This document shows, one piece after another, positions 56,906 through 64,000 of a stretch of 64,000 bases of DNA (the first letter of the stretch is position 1; each line of letters begins with the position of its first letter). Location of the stretch: NCBI GenBank assembly GCA_017991395.1, contig JAGOQQ010000004.1, forward strand, positions 32,430 to 96,429. Direction: 5' to 3'. Below the pieces are notes generated by a model, which ran no database searches, was not told where the DNA came from, and was given only the letters and a program-made list of their open reading frames with translations. The translations under genes and the position numbers were made by a program. The stretch is from Minisyncoccota bacterium. GTDB lineage: Bacteria > Patescibacteriota > Minisyncoccia > Phycocordibacterales > UBA9973.

Positions 56906-57658
56906 ATGACCAAAAAAATTATTTCATGGATTCTGGTTCTTGCTGTCATCGGATTTGCAGTTTTTGCGCTTTCAAATTCAAAAAATGACACTACAAAGAA
57001 GACCGAGGAGGAGCTTCCAAAAATACTTAGCACTGCAGTGTACATGGACGAAGCCGGCTACACTATACCAGTGCTCTACTATGAAGATGCGGTAGTCTTT
57101 ACCACCAAAGAAACAGGCGACCTCGTACTTCCACTCGCTATTTCAGCATCAGGTGCTCGATATACAAACGAAGACGAGAGTGTAGTGTTTTGGAACAAAG
57201 GTGATTCGATCACTATCACTTACAAAGGTGAAGAAATATTTTCTGGTGCAACATACGACAGCTCAGAGATTGACGGTGAAGGGAAGAGTGTCGTGGATCC
57301 AATAAAAGTTTCTTCATCTCTCACCGACTCTCCATGGAATTGGGTTTCAACAGGACTCAGTAGCAACGACACAATCGCTCCAAAAAAAGCTGGCTCATTT
57401 TCTCTCACATTTACAAAAGACGGAAAAGTTTCTGGTACGACAGATTGCAACAGCTTCGGCGGAACGTACACGATTGATAAGGAAAACAAAATTTCATTTG
57501 GAGAACTCGCAAGTACTCAAATGTTTTGTGAAGGCTCACAAGAAAGCGCATTTATAGATATGATTTCAAAGACTGACCGATATACTTTCACAAATGAGGG
57601 CAATCTCGTACTCTTACTCATGCAAGATGCTGGATCGGTGATGTTTCGAAAAAAGTAA
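56906..57658 (+). CDS. MliC-like lysozyme-inhibitor domain fused to META (HslJ-like) domain, membrane-anchored
   Basis: SASGARYTNEDESVVFWNKGD is the MliC SxSGAxY motif. CNSFGGTYTIDKENKISFGELASTQMFCEG is the META domain pattern. Confidence 0.6.
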   Translation: MTKKIISWILVLAVIGFAVFALSNSKNDTTKKTEEELPKILSTAVYMDEAGYTIPVLYYEDAVVFTTKETGDLVLPLAISASGARYTNEDESVVFWNKGDSITITYKGEEIFSGATYDSSEIDGEGKSVVDPIKVSSSLTDSPWNWVSTGLSSNDTIAPKKAGSFSLTFTKDGKVSGTTDCNSFGGTYTIDKENKISFGELASTQMFCEGSQESAFIDMISKTDRYTFTNEGNLVLLLMQDAGSVMFRKK

Positions 57659-57759
57659 GTAAAATATAGCTAAAAACACCACAGCAATGTGGTGTTTTTA
57701 GCTATATTGACAAATATCTATACTGTGCTACAATACGAACAAACAAACATATTAGAACC

Positions 57760-58008
57760 ATGAAAAACATAAAGTATCTACTTATTGGATTCTACTTGGT
57801 ATCTTCAACCTGTTACGTCAGTATCACCGCATTGTTATTGATGTTTGGGCATGACAAGTACTTTATTTTAAACGAAATTGATTTCACCGGGGCATTAGTA
57901 TACTTCGGTGTAGCGATTGTTGCGTTTATTTTAGCAGTATTCAGCTTAACAACACTTTTAAGTGTTATGAATTTCAAAAGGGATCAGGAGATCGCACAAC
58001 TTGGGTAG
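57760..58008 (+). CDS. Small two-helix membrane protein
   Basis: Two hydrophobic helices. Terminator gccgcctcgcaagaggcggctttttt at 58043-58070. Confidence 0.35.
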   Translation: MKNIKYLLIGFYLVSSTCYVSITALLLMFGHDKYFILNEIDFTGALVYFGVAIVAFILAVFSLTTLLSVMNFKRDQEIAQLG

Positions 58009-58083
58009 TTCATGCGGAACACGAGCGCCCAGTGTGCAGTATGCCGCCTCGCAAGAGGCGGCTTTTTTGTATCCACTTGCACA

Positions 58084-58097
58084 AGAACGTACGTTCG
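58084..58097 (+). promoter_or_regulatory. Cheo-type SOS (LexA) box upstream of lexA
   Basis: aGAACgtacGTTCg is a perfect GAAC-N4-GTTC palindrome, 15 nt before the lexA ATG. Confidence 0.55.
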
Positions 58098-58111
58098 GTA
58101 TACTTATAAAT

Positions 58112-58744
58112 ATGGAAAAGAAAAATGACTTTGGTGTATACCAAACATACAGAGACAAACTCTATAGATTTTATGAATCACACAAGCGTATGCCTTCATA
58201 CAGCGAAACGGCAAAGCTCTTTGGATTCAAATCAAAAGACTCAGCATATAGAGCAATCCAAAAGCTCATCACGCTTGGCTACGCCGAAAAAGATCACGCA
58301 GGTAAAATAATTCCCAAAATTTCTAGCGCAAAGCAATCCCACTTGCAACCAGTCAAAAGTCCTATTCCGCTTCGAATGCTCGGACTTGTTGAAGCAGGAT
58401 TTCCTACACCAGCAGAAGAAAATCTTCTCGACACTGTATCTCTCGACGAATGGATCATCCGCAAAAGAGATTCGAGCTTTATGCTTCGAGTCAAAGGTGA
58501 TTCTATGAAAGATGCCGGTATCAACAACGGAGATATGGTCGTGGTCGAAAGACAAGACAATGCACGACTCGGAGACATCGTGATTGCAGAAGTAGACGGC
58601 GCGTGGACAATGAAATATCTACGCAAAGATGCTCAAAAAAGATTTTATCTAGAGCCCGCAAATGAATCGTTTGAAAACATTTATCCAAAAGAAGATTTGC
58701 GGATCCAGGCAGTGGTCCGCGCAGTAATAAGAAAATATGACTAA
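58112..58744 (+). CDS. lexA: LexA repressor (S24 peptidase)
   Basis: N-terminal wHTH, cleavage region VEAGFPTPAEE, Ser/Lys dyad in VKGDSMKDAGI...TMKYLRK. Start moved to MEKKND. Confidence 0.8.
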   Translation: MEKKNDFGVYQTYRDKLYRFYESHKRMPSYSETAKLFGFKSKDSAYRAIQKLITLGYAEKDHAGKIIPKISSAKQSHLQPVKSPIPLRMLGLVEAGFPTPAEENLLDTVSLDEWIIRKRDSSFMLRVKGDSMKDAGINNGDMVVVERQDNARLGDIVIAEVDGAWTMKYLRKDAQKRFYLEPANESFENIYPKEDLRIQAVVRAVIRKYD

Positions 58745-60020
58745 ACACACATACATCATGCACATAGACGGAGACAACTTTTTTGTCGCGTGCGAAGTCG
58801 CCCGACTTCCACATCTTGTCGGAAAGCCGGTAATAGTCGGCGAAGAACGTGGCATCGCCTCAGCCATGAGCAAGGAAGCAAAGAAGCTTGGTGTCACTCG
58901 CGGTATGCCAATTTTTAAAATCAAAAAAGAATTCCCACAAGTCACAATACTTCCTGCACACTTTGATCTATACCAACACTACTCAATTCGCATGGCATCA
59001 ATCGTCGAAGAATATTCTGACAGTGTTGAGCACTATGGTATTGATGAATGTTTCGGATCTGTCAGACTTGAAATAGACAAAAACGAAGAATCATTTCTAG
59101 AAGACTATATTCGCACACTCCAAGATGAGCTCACAAAAACACTTGGCATTAGCTTCTCTGTTGGTATTGCTCGTACAAAAACTCTCGCAAAGGTAGCTTC
59201 AAAAAGAAACAAACCTCATGGACTATGTGTCATCACAGAAAAAAATCGCCAGGATATTCTTGCCGAAACTCCTATCGAATCAATCTGGGGAATTGGACGC
59301 GCACTATCAAAAAGACTTCTGACCTCACGAGTAGGGGAGGCGGGCACATTTGTAGCACTTCCTGAAAGCGTAGTCCGTACGCGATTCACCAAGCCCACAG
59401 TCGATACCTATAATGAACTCAAAGGAATACAGAGCATACCACTTGAACATTCATCATCTCATCGAAAGTCACTTCAGACGACGAGAATGATGAGTCCTTA
59501 TTCTTCCGAACGTTCGTTTGTCTTTTCTGAAATTTCTCGAAATGTCGAAATCGTCTGTTCTCGTATGCGCGCAATGAATCTCAAATCAAAGAAGATAACA
59601 TTTTTTATCAAACAAGTTTCGTACCACAATGACAAAAGAAGCATAGTTACGGATGGTCGAGAAGTTGAACTTGAGCTTTATACATACAATCCAAGCGACA
59701 TAGTCAAATCTATAGAAAGTATCTTTAATCAAATATTTGATTCTTCAAAAAAATATCGTGGTACAGGCATCACAGTCCATGACTTGAAACAGACAAATGA
59801 AATACCGCTCGATCTCTACAACAATCAGGAAAACAAAAACAAAAAAGAATTGTACACACAAGTGTTTGATCACTTAAGAAAAAAGTTTGGCTCGTACGCA
59901 CTCTTTATTGGATCAAGTATGAAGTCCATACACTCTCGCAACAAAGAAAATGATGTACGGACCAAAAATCATCCGTATGAATACAATCTACCACTACCAT
60001 ATCTTGGTGAAGTATTTTGA
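58737..60020 (+). CDS. Y-family DNA polymerase (DinB/UmuC-like)
   Basis: IMHIDGDNFFVACEVARLPHLVGKPVIVG and SIDECFGSV (catalytic D/E). Overlaps the lexA stop by 8 nt. Confidence 0.85.
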   Translation: MTKHTYIMHIDGDNFFVACEVARLPHLVGKPVIVGEERGIASAMSKEAKKLGVTRGMPIFKIKKEFPQVTILPAHFDLYQHYSIRMASIVEEYSDSVEHYGIDECFGSVRLEIDKNEESFLEDYIRTLQDELTKTLGISFSVGIARTKTLAKVASKRNKPHGLCVITEKNRQDILAETPIESIWGIGRALSKRLLTSRVGEAGTFVALPESVVRTRFTKPTVDTYNELKGIQSIPLEHSSSHRKSLQTTRMMSPYSSERSFVFSEISRNVEIVCSRMRAMNLKSKKITFFIKQVSYHNDKRSIVTDGREVELELYTYNPSDIVKSIESIFNQIFDSSKKYRGTGITVHDLKQTNEIPLDLYNNQENKNKKELYTQVFDHLRKKFGSYALFIGSSMKSIHSRNKENDVRTKNHPYEYNLPLPYLGEVF

Positions 60021-60466
60021 CCCGCTCAACACCAATAGTTCAATGACTGATATATCCTCTCCAAAAACTCTCTGGGCCTTAAAAGCGATTTAAAACGGTC
60101 GATATGGTGACAAATGAGGGATACGACATGAACGACAGTATTTGGGTAATAAAATTAAAAAATTTAAAAAAATAAATTTCAGACGGGAATAATAGTAGGA
60201 AAAATAACTTTGAGAAATATTTTTTAAAAAATAAAAAGTGATAAAAAACTGAGGGGATACAAAGGGAAATTAAGTGAGACATATGAGCACGTAAACACAT
60301 GAGCACAGACACACAGAGGAATACAGGGAGATATATAAAGAGCCGGCTTACGCCGGCCTTTATTTATCAAGCTATATTTTATTTGTACATGTCGCAAAAG
60401 ATATATTGTGCGACACGCTAATAGTTATCCACAGTCACCTTATTAGACCACATATCTGTCAAATGG

Positions 60467-61381
60467 CTAGATTCCCTTTGTACAGTCGTTGAACTTTTTT
60501 ACTTGAGAATTATATTGAGATATTTTCTTCTTGAGATCTTGTAAAAGAGTATTGTATTCTTCCGCGAGAAGGTTGTACTCGTCTACCCTGTCGTTGTACT
60601 CAGGTGAGAGGGTGCTTGTTGAATCAACCTCGGCCTTTTTTGCATCCAACTCCCCTGCTTTGGCGTCGATGATTTTTTCTTCAGCACTAATTGCATTTTT
60701 TAATTCTGAATCAACTTTGTCACACAAAGAAAGTGGCGCACCAAAATGTTGTACAGCAATCCATACACGACGACCATCATACATGCCTTCACGTACTGCT
60801 ATTCCAATTTCAGTGAACTGAGTATTCAATATATTTGCACGATGACCTGGGCTCTTCATCCACTCATCCACAATTTCGCTTCCTTTATCAAAATTTCCCA
60901 TTGCAAGATTTTCACCGATAATAATGTACTCATATTCAGCATCGTTGATCACGTCCGAGAGAACAGTTCCGCGAGGTGATGTGTGTTCAAAATAATTGAG
61001 TGAGAACATATCTTCAAGTTTTGTGCTCGCTGATGCATTGAGCTTTTGATTGAGTGTGAGTGCATTCATTCCACCATTTTGTAAACGACCAAGATTTGTT
61101 GCGTCAAGAATTTCTTTTTGTGTAATTGAAACAAATGATACTGGAGCATCATTTTCCATCGTCACTTTTTTTAGTGGGCCAGGAAGTGAGACTTGAAGTT
61201 CTTTTATGTTCTCAATTTGAATTACCTGAGACACACCACTTGCTGTCTTGTCTAAAATAGTTTTAAGCGAATTGTTTACAGTTGTCGGAACATTTCCCAA
61301 AAGATTAAAATACGCGCCATACACAAGTGCAAATGCACCGGCAAGTATTAATGCTATTTTGATTTTTCTTGATGGAGACAT
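60467..61381 (-). CDS. CAP/SCP-domain (YkwD-like) membrane-anchored protein with coiled-coil tail
   Basis: YFEHTSPRG...GENLAMG...VDEWMKSPGHRANILNTQFTEIGIAV. Start trimmed to MSPSRK, because the track extension translates a tandem repeat. Confidence 0.7.
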   Translation of the reverse strand: MSPSRKIKIALILAGAFALVYGAYFNLLGNVPTTVNNSLKTILDKTASGVSQVIQIENIKELQVSLPGPLKKVTMENDAPVSFVSITQKEILDATNLGRLQNGGMNALTLNQKLNASASTKLEDMFSLNYFEHTSPRGTVLSDVINDAEYEYIIIGENLAMGNFDKGSEIVDEWMKSPGHRANILNTQFTEIGIAVREGMYDGRRVWIAVQHFGAPLSLCDKVDSELKNAISAEEKIIDAKAGELDAKKAEVDSTSTLSPEYNDRVDEYNLLAEEYNTLLQDLKKKISQYNSQVKKFNDCTKGI

Positions 61382-61555
61382 TTTAGATAGAAGTAAGTAT
61401 GAGAAGTTAGTATGAGTATGGATACAGAAGAAGTAAATAATGCAGTATGAGTATAAGAAGATAGTATGAGTAGAGATGCAGGATACAAGAGATACAAGAT
61501 GCGGAAGACAAAATGCGGAAAACCAATACATCTATAAGTATACCTCAACAATTAG

Positions 61556-62059
61556 CTATTTCTTTGAACAGGATGTGGAGAGCGTATATCCATTTGCCTC
61601 AGCTTCTTCTTCAGACGAAAAGTATACTTTGTTTGCCTCGCTTAGCGTCTTTGCCCCGCTACAGTAGGTATAGTAGTATTTACTTCCCCGAGATGAGGCC
61701 ACAATATCACTTTTTGGATCGGGAATGCTTTCCTCACTATTTTCCTCCACAGCTGATTCACCAGCCACTTCTTGCTCACCAGGAGTGCTATTTTGTTCAC
61801 TTTTTGACAGGGTAGGAGACTCCGATGTCGCACCAGAGAGGGTCTCCCTGCCCTCGCCTTCCTTGTAAAAATAGTCGGTCACAGATGGGTCAAATTTGAC
61901 CACCATTGGCTTTGTCGCATCTTTTTGGGTAATTGACAGTCTTCCCAGTGTAAACGACGAAATAGCCACACAGACCATGACCACCAGAACCAGGACATCC
62001 TTCCCTTTCTCGCTCTCGGCAAAGGACTTGATTTTTTCTATATAGTTAGGTATACTCAT
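61556..62059 (-). CDS. Hypothetical membrane-anchored protein, Ser/Glu-rich
   Basis: One transmembrane helix (VLVLVVMVCVAISSF), then a low-complexity region. Confidence 0.4.
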   Translation of the reverse strand: MSIPNYIEKIKSFAESEKGKDVLVLVVMVCVAISSFTLGRLSITQKDATKPMVVKFDPSVTDYFYKEGEGRETLSGATSESPTLSKSEQNSTPGEQEVAGESAVEENSEESIPDPKSDIVASSRGSKYYYTYCSGAKTLSEANKVYFSSEEEAEANGYTLSTSCSKK

Positions 62060-62133
62060 CTGACAGTTTAATTATAGTTTAAATAAGAAAAAAGCGCCAA
62101 ATATCCTGTATATTTAGGCCACATTAAAACACT

Positions 62134-62406
62134 ATGGCACATAGAAAATCCGGCGGAACAGCCTCAAACCTAAGAGATTCAAATCCAAAGTACCTCGGTA
62201 CGAAGCTTTATGATGGCGAAGTAGCACAAGCAGGATCAGTAATCGTACGACAACGTGGAACTCGAATCCTTCCAGGGAAAAACGTTGGACTCGGCAAAGA
62301 TCACACTCTTTTCGCACTCAAACCAGGAAAAGTAAAATTTGGAAGTACACGAAAAATCCACTTCAATGGTAAAACAATGGTGAAGAAAAACGTTCACGTT
62401 GAATAA
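62134..62406 (+). CDS. rpmA: 50S ribosomal protein L27
   Basis: [29 protein letters not shown]...[26 protein letters not shown] bidirectional terminator follows at 62407-62446. Confidence 0.95.
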   Translation: MAHRKSGGTASNLRDSNPKYLGTKLYDGEVAQAGSVIVRQRGTRILPGKNVGLGKDHTLFALKPGKVKFGSTRKIHFNGKTMVKKNVHVE

Positions 62407-62442
62407 TACAAAAAAAACCGACACACATGTGTGTCGGTTTTT

Positions 62443-62886
62443 TTATTGCTTTTCAATTACGAGTGTAAATGTAGATTTGTGTCCTTCGATTGATACAGTG
62501 ATCTCATGTGACCCAAGATCTTTTATTGGTGACGCCAAAACGAGTGATTCAGGCAACAGTGTGATGTGGTGAATCTTTTTGAGCTGATCCACAATATCCT
62601 TTTCATGAATCGCTTTAAACAAATTGCCTTTGTCGTTTGAAAGTGCCTTGAGTGTGACAATTTTGCCCGCAATATCTTCAAGATTTTTCTTCAACAAACT
62701 CATATGAATCTCTTGTTGCATTCGAGCTGTTTCCTTTATCAAATTTATCTTTGATACTTGCTTGTCAGTTGCTGGTTCTGCAAGCTTTTTTGGAATAAGA
62801 AAGTTTGCTGCATATCCATCATTCACTTCTTTGATATCGTATTTCTTTCCTATTTTTGGAACGTCTTTGAGTAGTATTACTTTCAT
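62443..62886 (-). CDS. rplI: 50S ribosomal protein L9
   Basis: MKVILLKDVPKIGKKYDIKEVNDGYAANFLIPKKLA. Confidence 0.9.
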   Translation of the reverse strand: MKVILLKDVPKIGKKYDIKEVNDGYAANFLIPKKLAEPATDKQVSKINLIKETARMQQEIHMSLLKKNLEDIAGKIVTLKALSNDKGNLFKAIHEKDIVDQLKKIHHITLLPESLVLASPIKDLGSHEITVSIEGHKSTFTLVIEKQ

Positions 62887-62897
62887 ATCTGCCGTTG

Positions 62898-64000
62898 TTA
62901 CTTTTTTAATATTTCGAGCGCTTTTTCGTATTGTGCGTCTTTTTCATTTTCAGGATCTTCACTCACTTCCATTTCGACTACAACATCCGGAGTCAGGCCT
63001 TGTTCTGATATAGAGTGTCGCTTTGGAGTGAGCCATTTTGCTACAGTCACCTTGAGAGCTGAATCATCACCAAATGGTACTACTTCTTGCACTGATCCTT
63101 TTCCATATGTCTTTTCTCCCACAAGTGTCGCAAGATTGTATTCACTAAGTGCTCCGGCGAGAATTTCTGATGCCGACGCCGAACCTCCATCCACCAACAC
63201 AACAATCTTTGATGGCTTTTTTGGAATAGTGAATCCTTTACTTCGATATATTGTTTCAGATTTGTTGTTGCCAAATTCTTCAATCACAACTGGCTCACCG
63301 CCATCCACAAACCAACTTGCGATTGTGATTGCTGAATCCAAATATCCTCCAGGATTTCCGCGCAAATCAATAATCATTTTGTCTGTGTTACTTTTTGCAA
63401 ACTCTTTCAATGCTTTTGCAAACTCATCTTCAGAATTTTCTGAGAAACTATAAAAATTTATCAAAAATACTCCATCTTTTATTTCTGTTTCAAGTGGTGG
63501 CACCACAATAGTGTCACGCACAAGACTTACGTCGATAAGGTCTGCATTATCTTCACGAAAAATTGTGAGTCGAACAGTTGTTCCTTTTTCTCCACGAATC
63601 AATCCAATAGCTTTTTCGGTACTCATGCCTTCGGTTGAAGTATCATCAATTTTGAGAATAACATCACCTGCCAATATTCCTGCCTTAAATGCTGGTGTGT
63701 TTTTGAGTGGTGAGATCACGGTGAGTACTTTGTCTCGAAGACCAATCTCCATTCCAACTCCAGAAAATTCTCCTTTGATTGATGTTGCAAATTCTTCTGC
63801 TTCTGGTGGAGTGAAGTATACAGTGTATGGATCCTTTACAGAGTCTACCAATCCTGAAATTGCTCCCCATACTCGGTCTTCGGTAGAAACATTTTTTGCG
63901 TCAGGATATTTTTCATCAAGAGTTTCCCATACTTCCCAAAATGTCGACAAATTGACATCAGAAAAATCAGCCTCTTTTGTAGATCGAGCTTCAGATTGAG
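62898..64000 (-). CDS. ctpA: S41 C-terminal processing peptidase (Ctp/Prc), 5' partial
   Basis: IIDLRGNPGGYLDSAI and a PDZ region. The frame stays open to the window end, so the gene starts beyond 64000. Confidence 0.85.
   Translation of the reverse strand, partial: QSEARSTKEADFSDVNLSTFWEVWETLDEKYPDAKNVSTEDRVWGAISGLVDSVKDPYTVYFTPPEAEEFATSIKGEFSGVGMEIGLRDKVLTVISPLKNTPAFKAGILAGDVILKIDDTSTEGMSTEKAIGLIRGEKGTTVRLTIFREDNADLIDVSLVRDTIVVPPLETEIKDGVFLINFYSFSENSEDEFAKALKEFAKSNTDKMIIDLRGNPGGYLDSAITIASWFVDGGEPVVIEEFGNNKSETIYRSKGFTIPKKPSKIVVLVDGGSASASEILAGALSEYNLATLVGEKTYGKGSVQEVVPFGDDSALKVTVAKWLTPKRHSISEQGLTPDVVVEMEVSEDPENEKDAQYEKALEILKK

Noticed and set aside
60467-61531. Long N-terminal extension of the CAP-domain protein
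   Set aside because: The extension (THTIFLYSYCIIYFFCIHTHT…) is a translation of the agtatgagta tandem repeat. The real start is likely at MSPSRK (61381).
1-64000. CRISPR arrays, rRNA and tRNA genes
   Set aside because: There are no regularly spaced direct repeats of 25-40 bp with unique spacers. No rRNA-like conserved stretches and no tRNA T-loop/anticodon cloverleaf candidates were seen. Absence by eye is not proof, and a tRNAscan/Infernal run is needed.

Overview
This is an AT-rich bacterial chromosomal window of compact core genes interrupted by two lower-GC accessory islands. Overall composition and gene content suggest a small-genome Gram-positive-like lineage, possibly Patescibacteria/CPR; that placement is inference only.

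Core genes read directly from the translations:
- An infA-rpmJ-rpsM-rpsK-rpsD-rpoA-rplQ-rplM-rpsI ribosomal/RNAP block.
- A grpE / dnaK / dnaJ heat-shock locus with inserted accessory genes (SET-domain protein, PaaX-like regulator, two hypotheticals).
- cysS, corA and rplU.
- recR and dnaB.
- trpS, an ABC exporter, and a class IIb Asp/Asn-tRNA synthetase.
- scpA/scpB followed by a cell-wall block (D-Ala-D-Ala carboxypeptidase, mraY, ftsW, murG, M23 peptidase).
- lexA (with a Cheo-type SOS box) overlapping a Y-family polymerase.
- rpmA, rplI and a partial S41 C-terminal protease.

Most notable accessory content:
1. A microviridin/graspetide-like RiPP locus at about 12.0-16.5 kb: candidate precursor, MdnC-like ATP-grasp, GNAT, M16 peptidase, methyltransferase. 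A second MdnC-like ATP-grasp lies at 22.8 kb beside an orphan sensor kinase and a convergent small peptide gene with a consensus promoter.
2. A tightly packed low-GC defence-type operon at about 45.9-53.6 kb: Smr, RadC/JAB, ParB-like protein, SNF2-like helicase, Sau3AI/MutH-family endonuclease, C5-cytosine methyltransferase. Next to it are a zeta-toxin-like kinase and duplicated promoter repeats.
3. A family of GC-rich two-hairpin intergenic repeat elements in six copies with compensatory stem substitutions. They are often accompanied by degenerate 8-bp-periodic word arrays and include a 400-bp hairpin cluster after murG.

No rRNA, tRNA or CRISPR array could be identified by eye.
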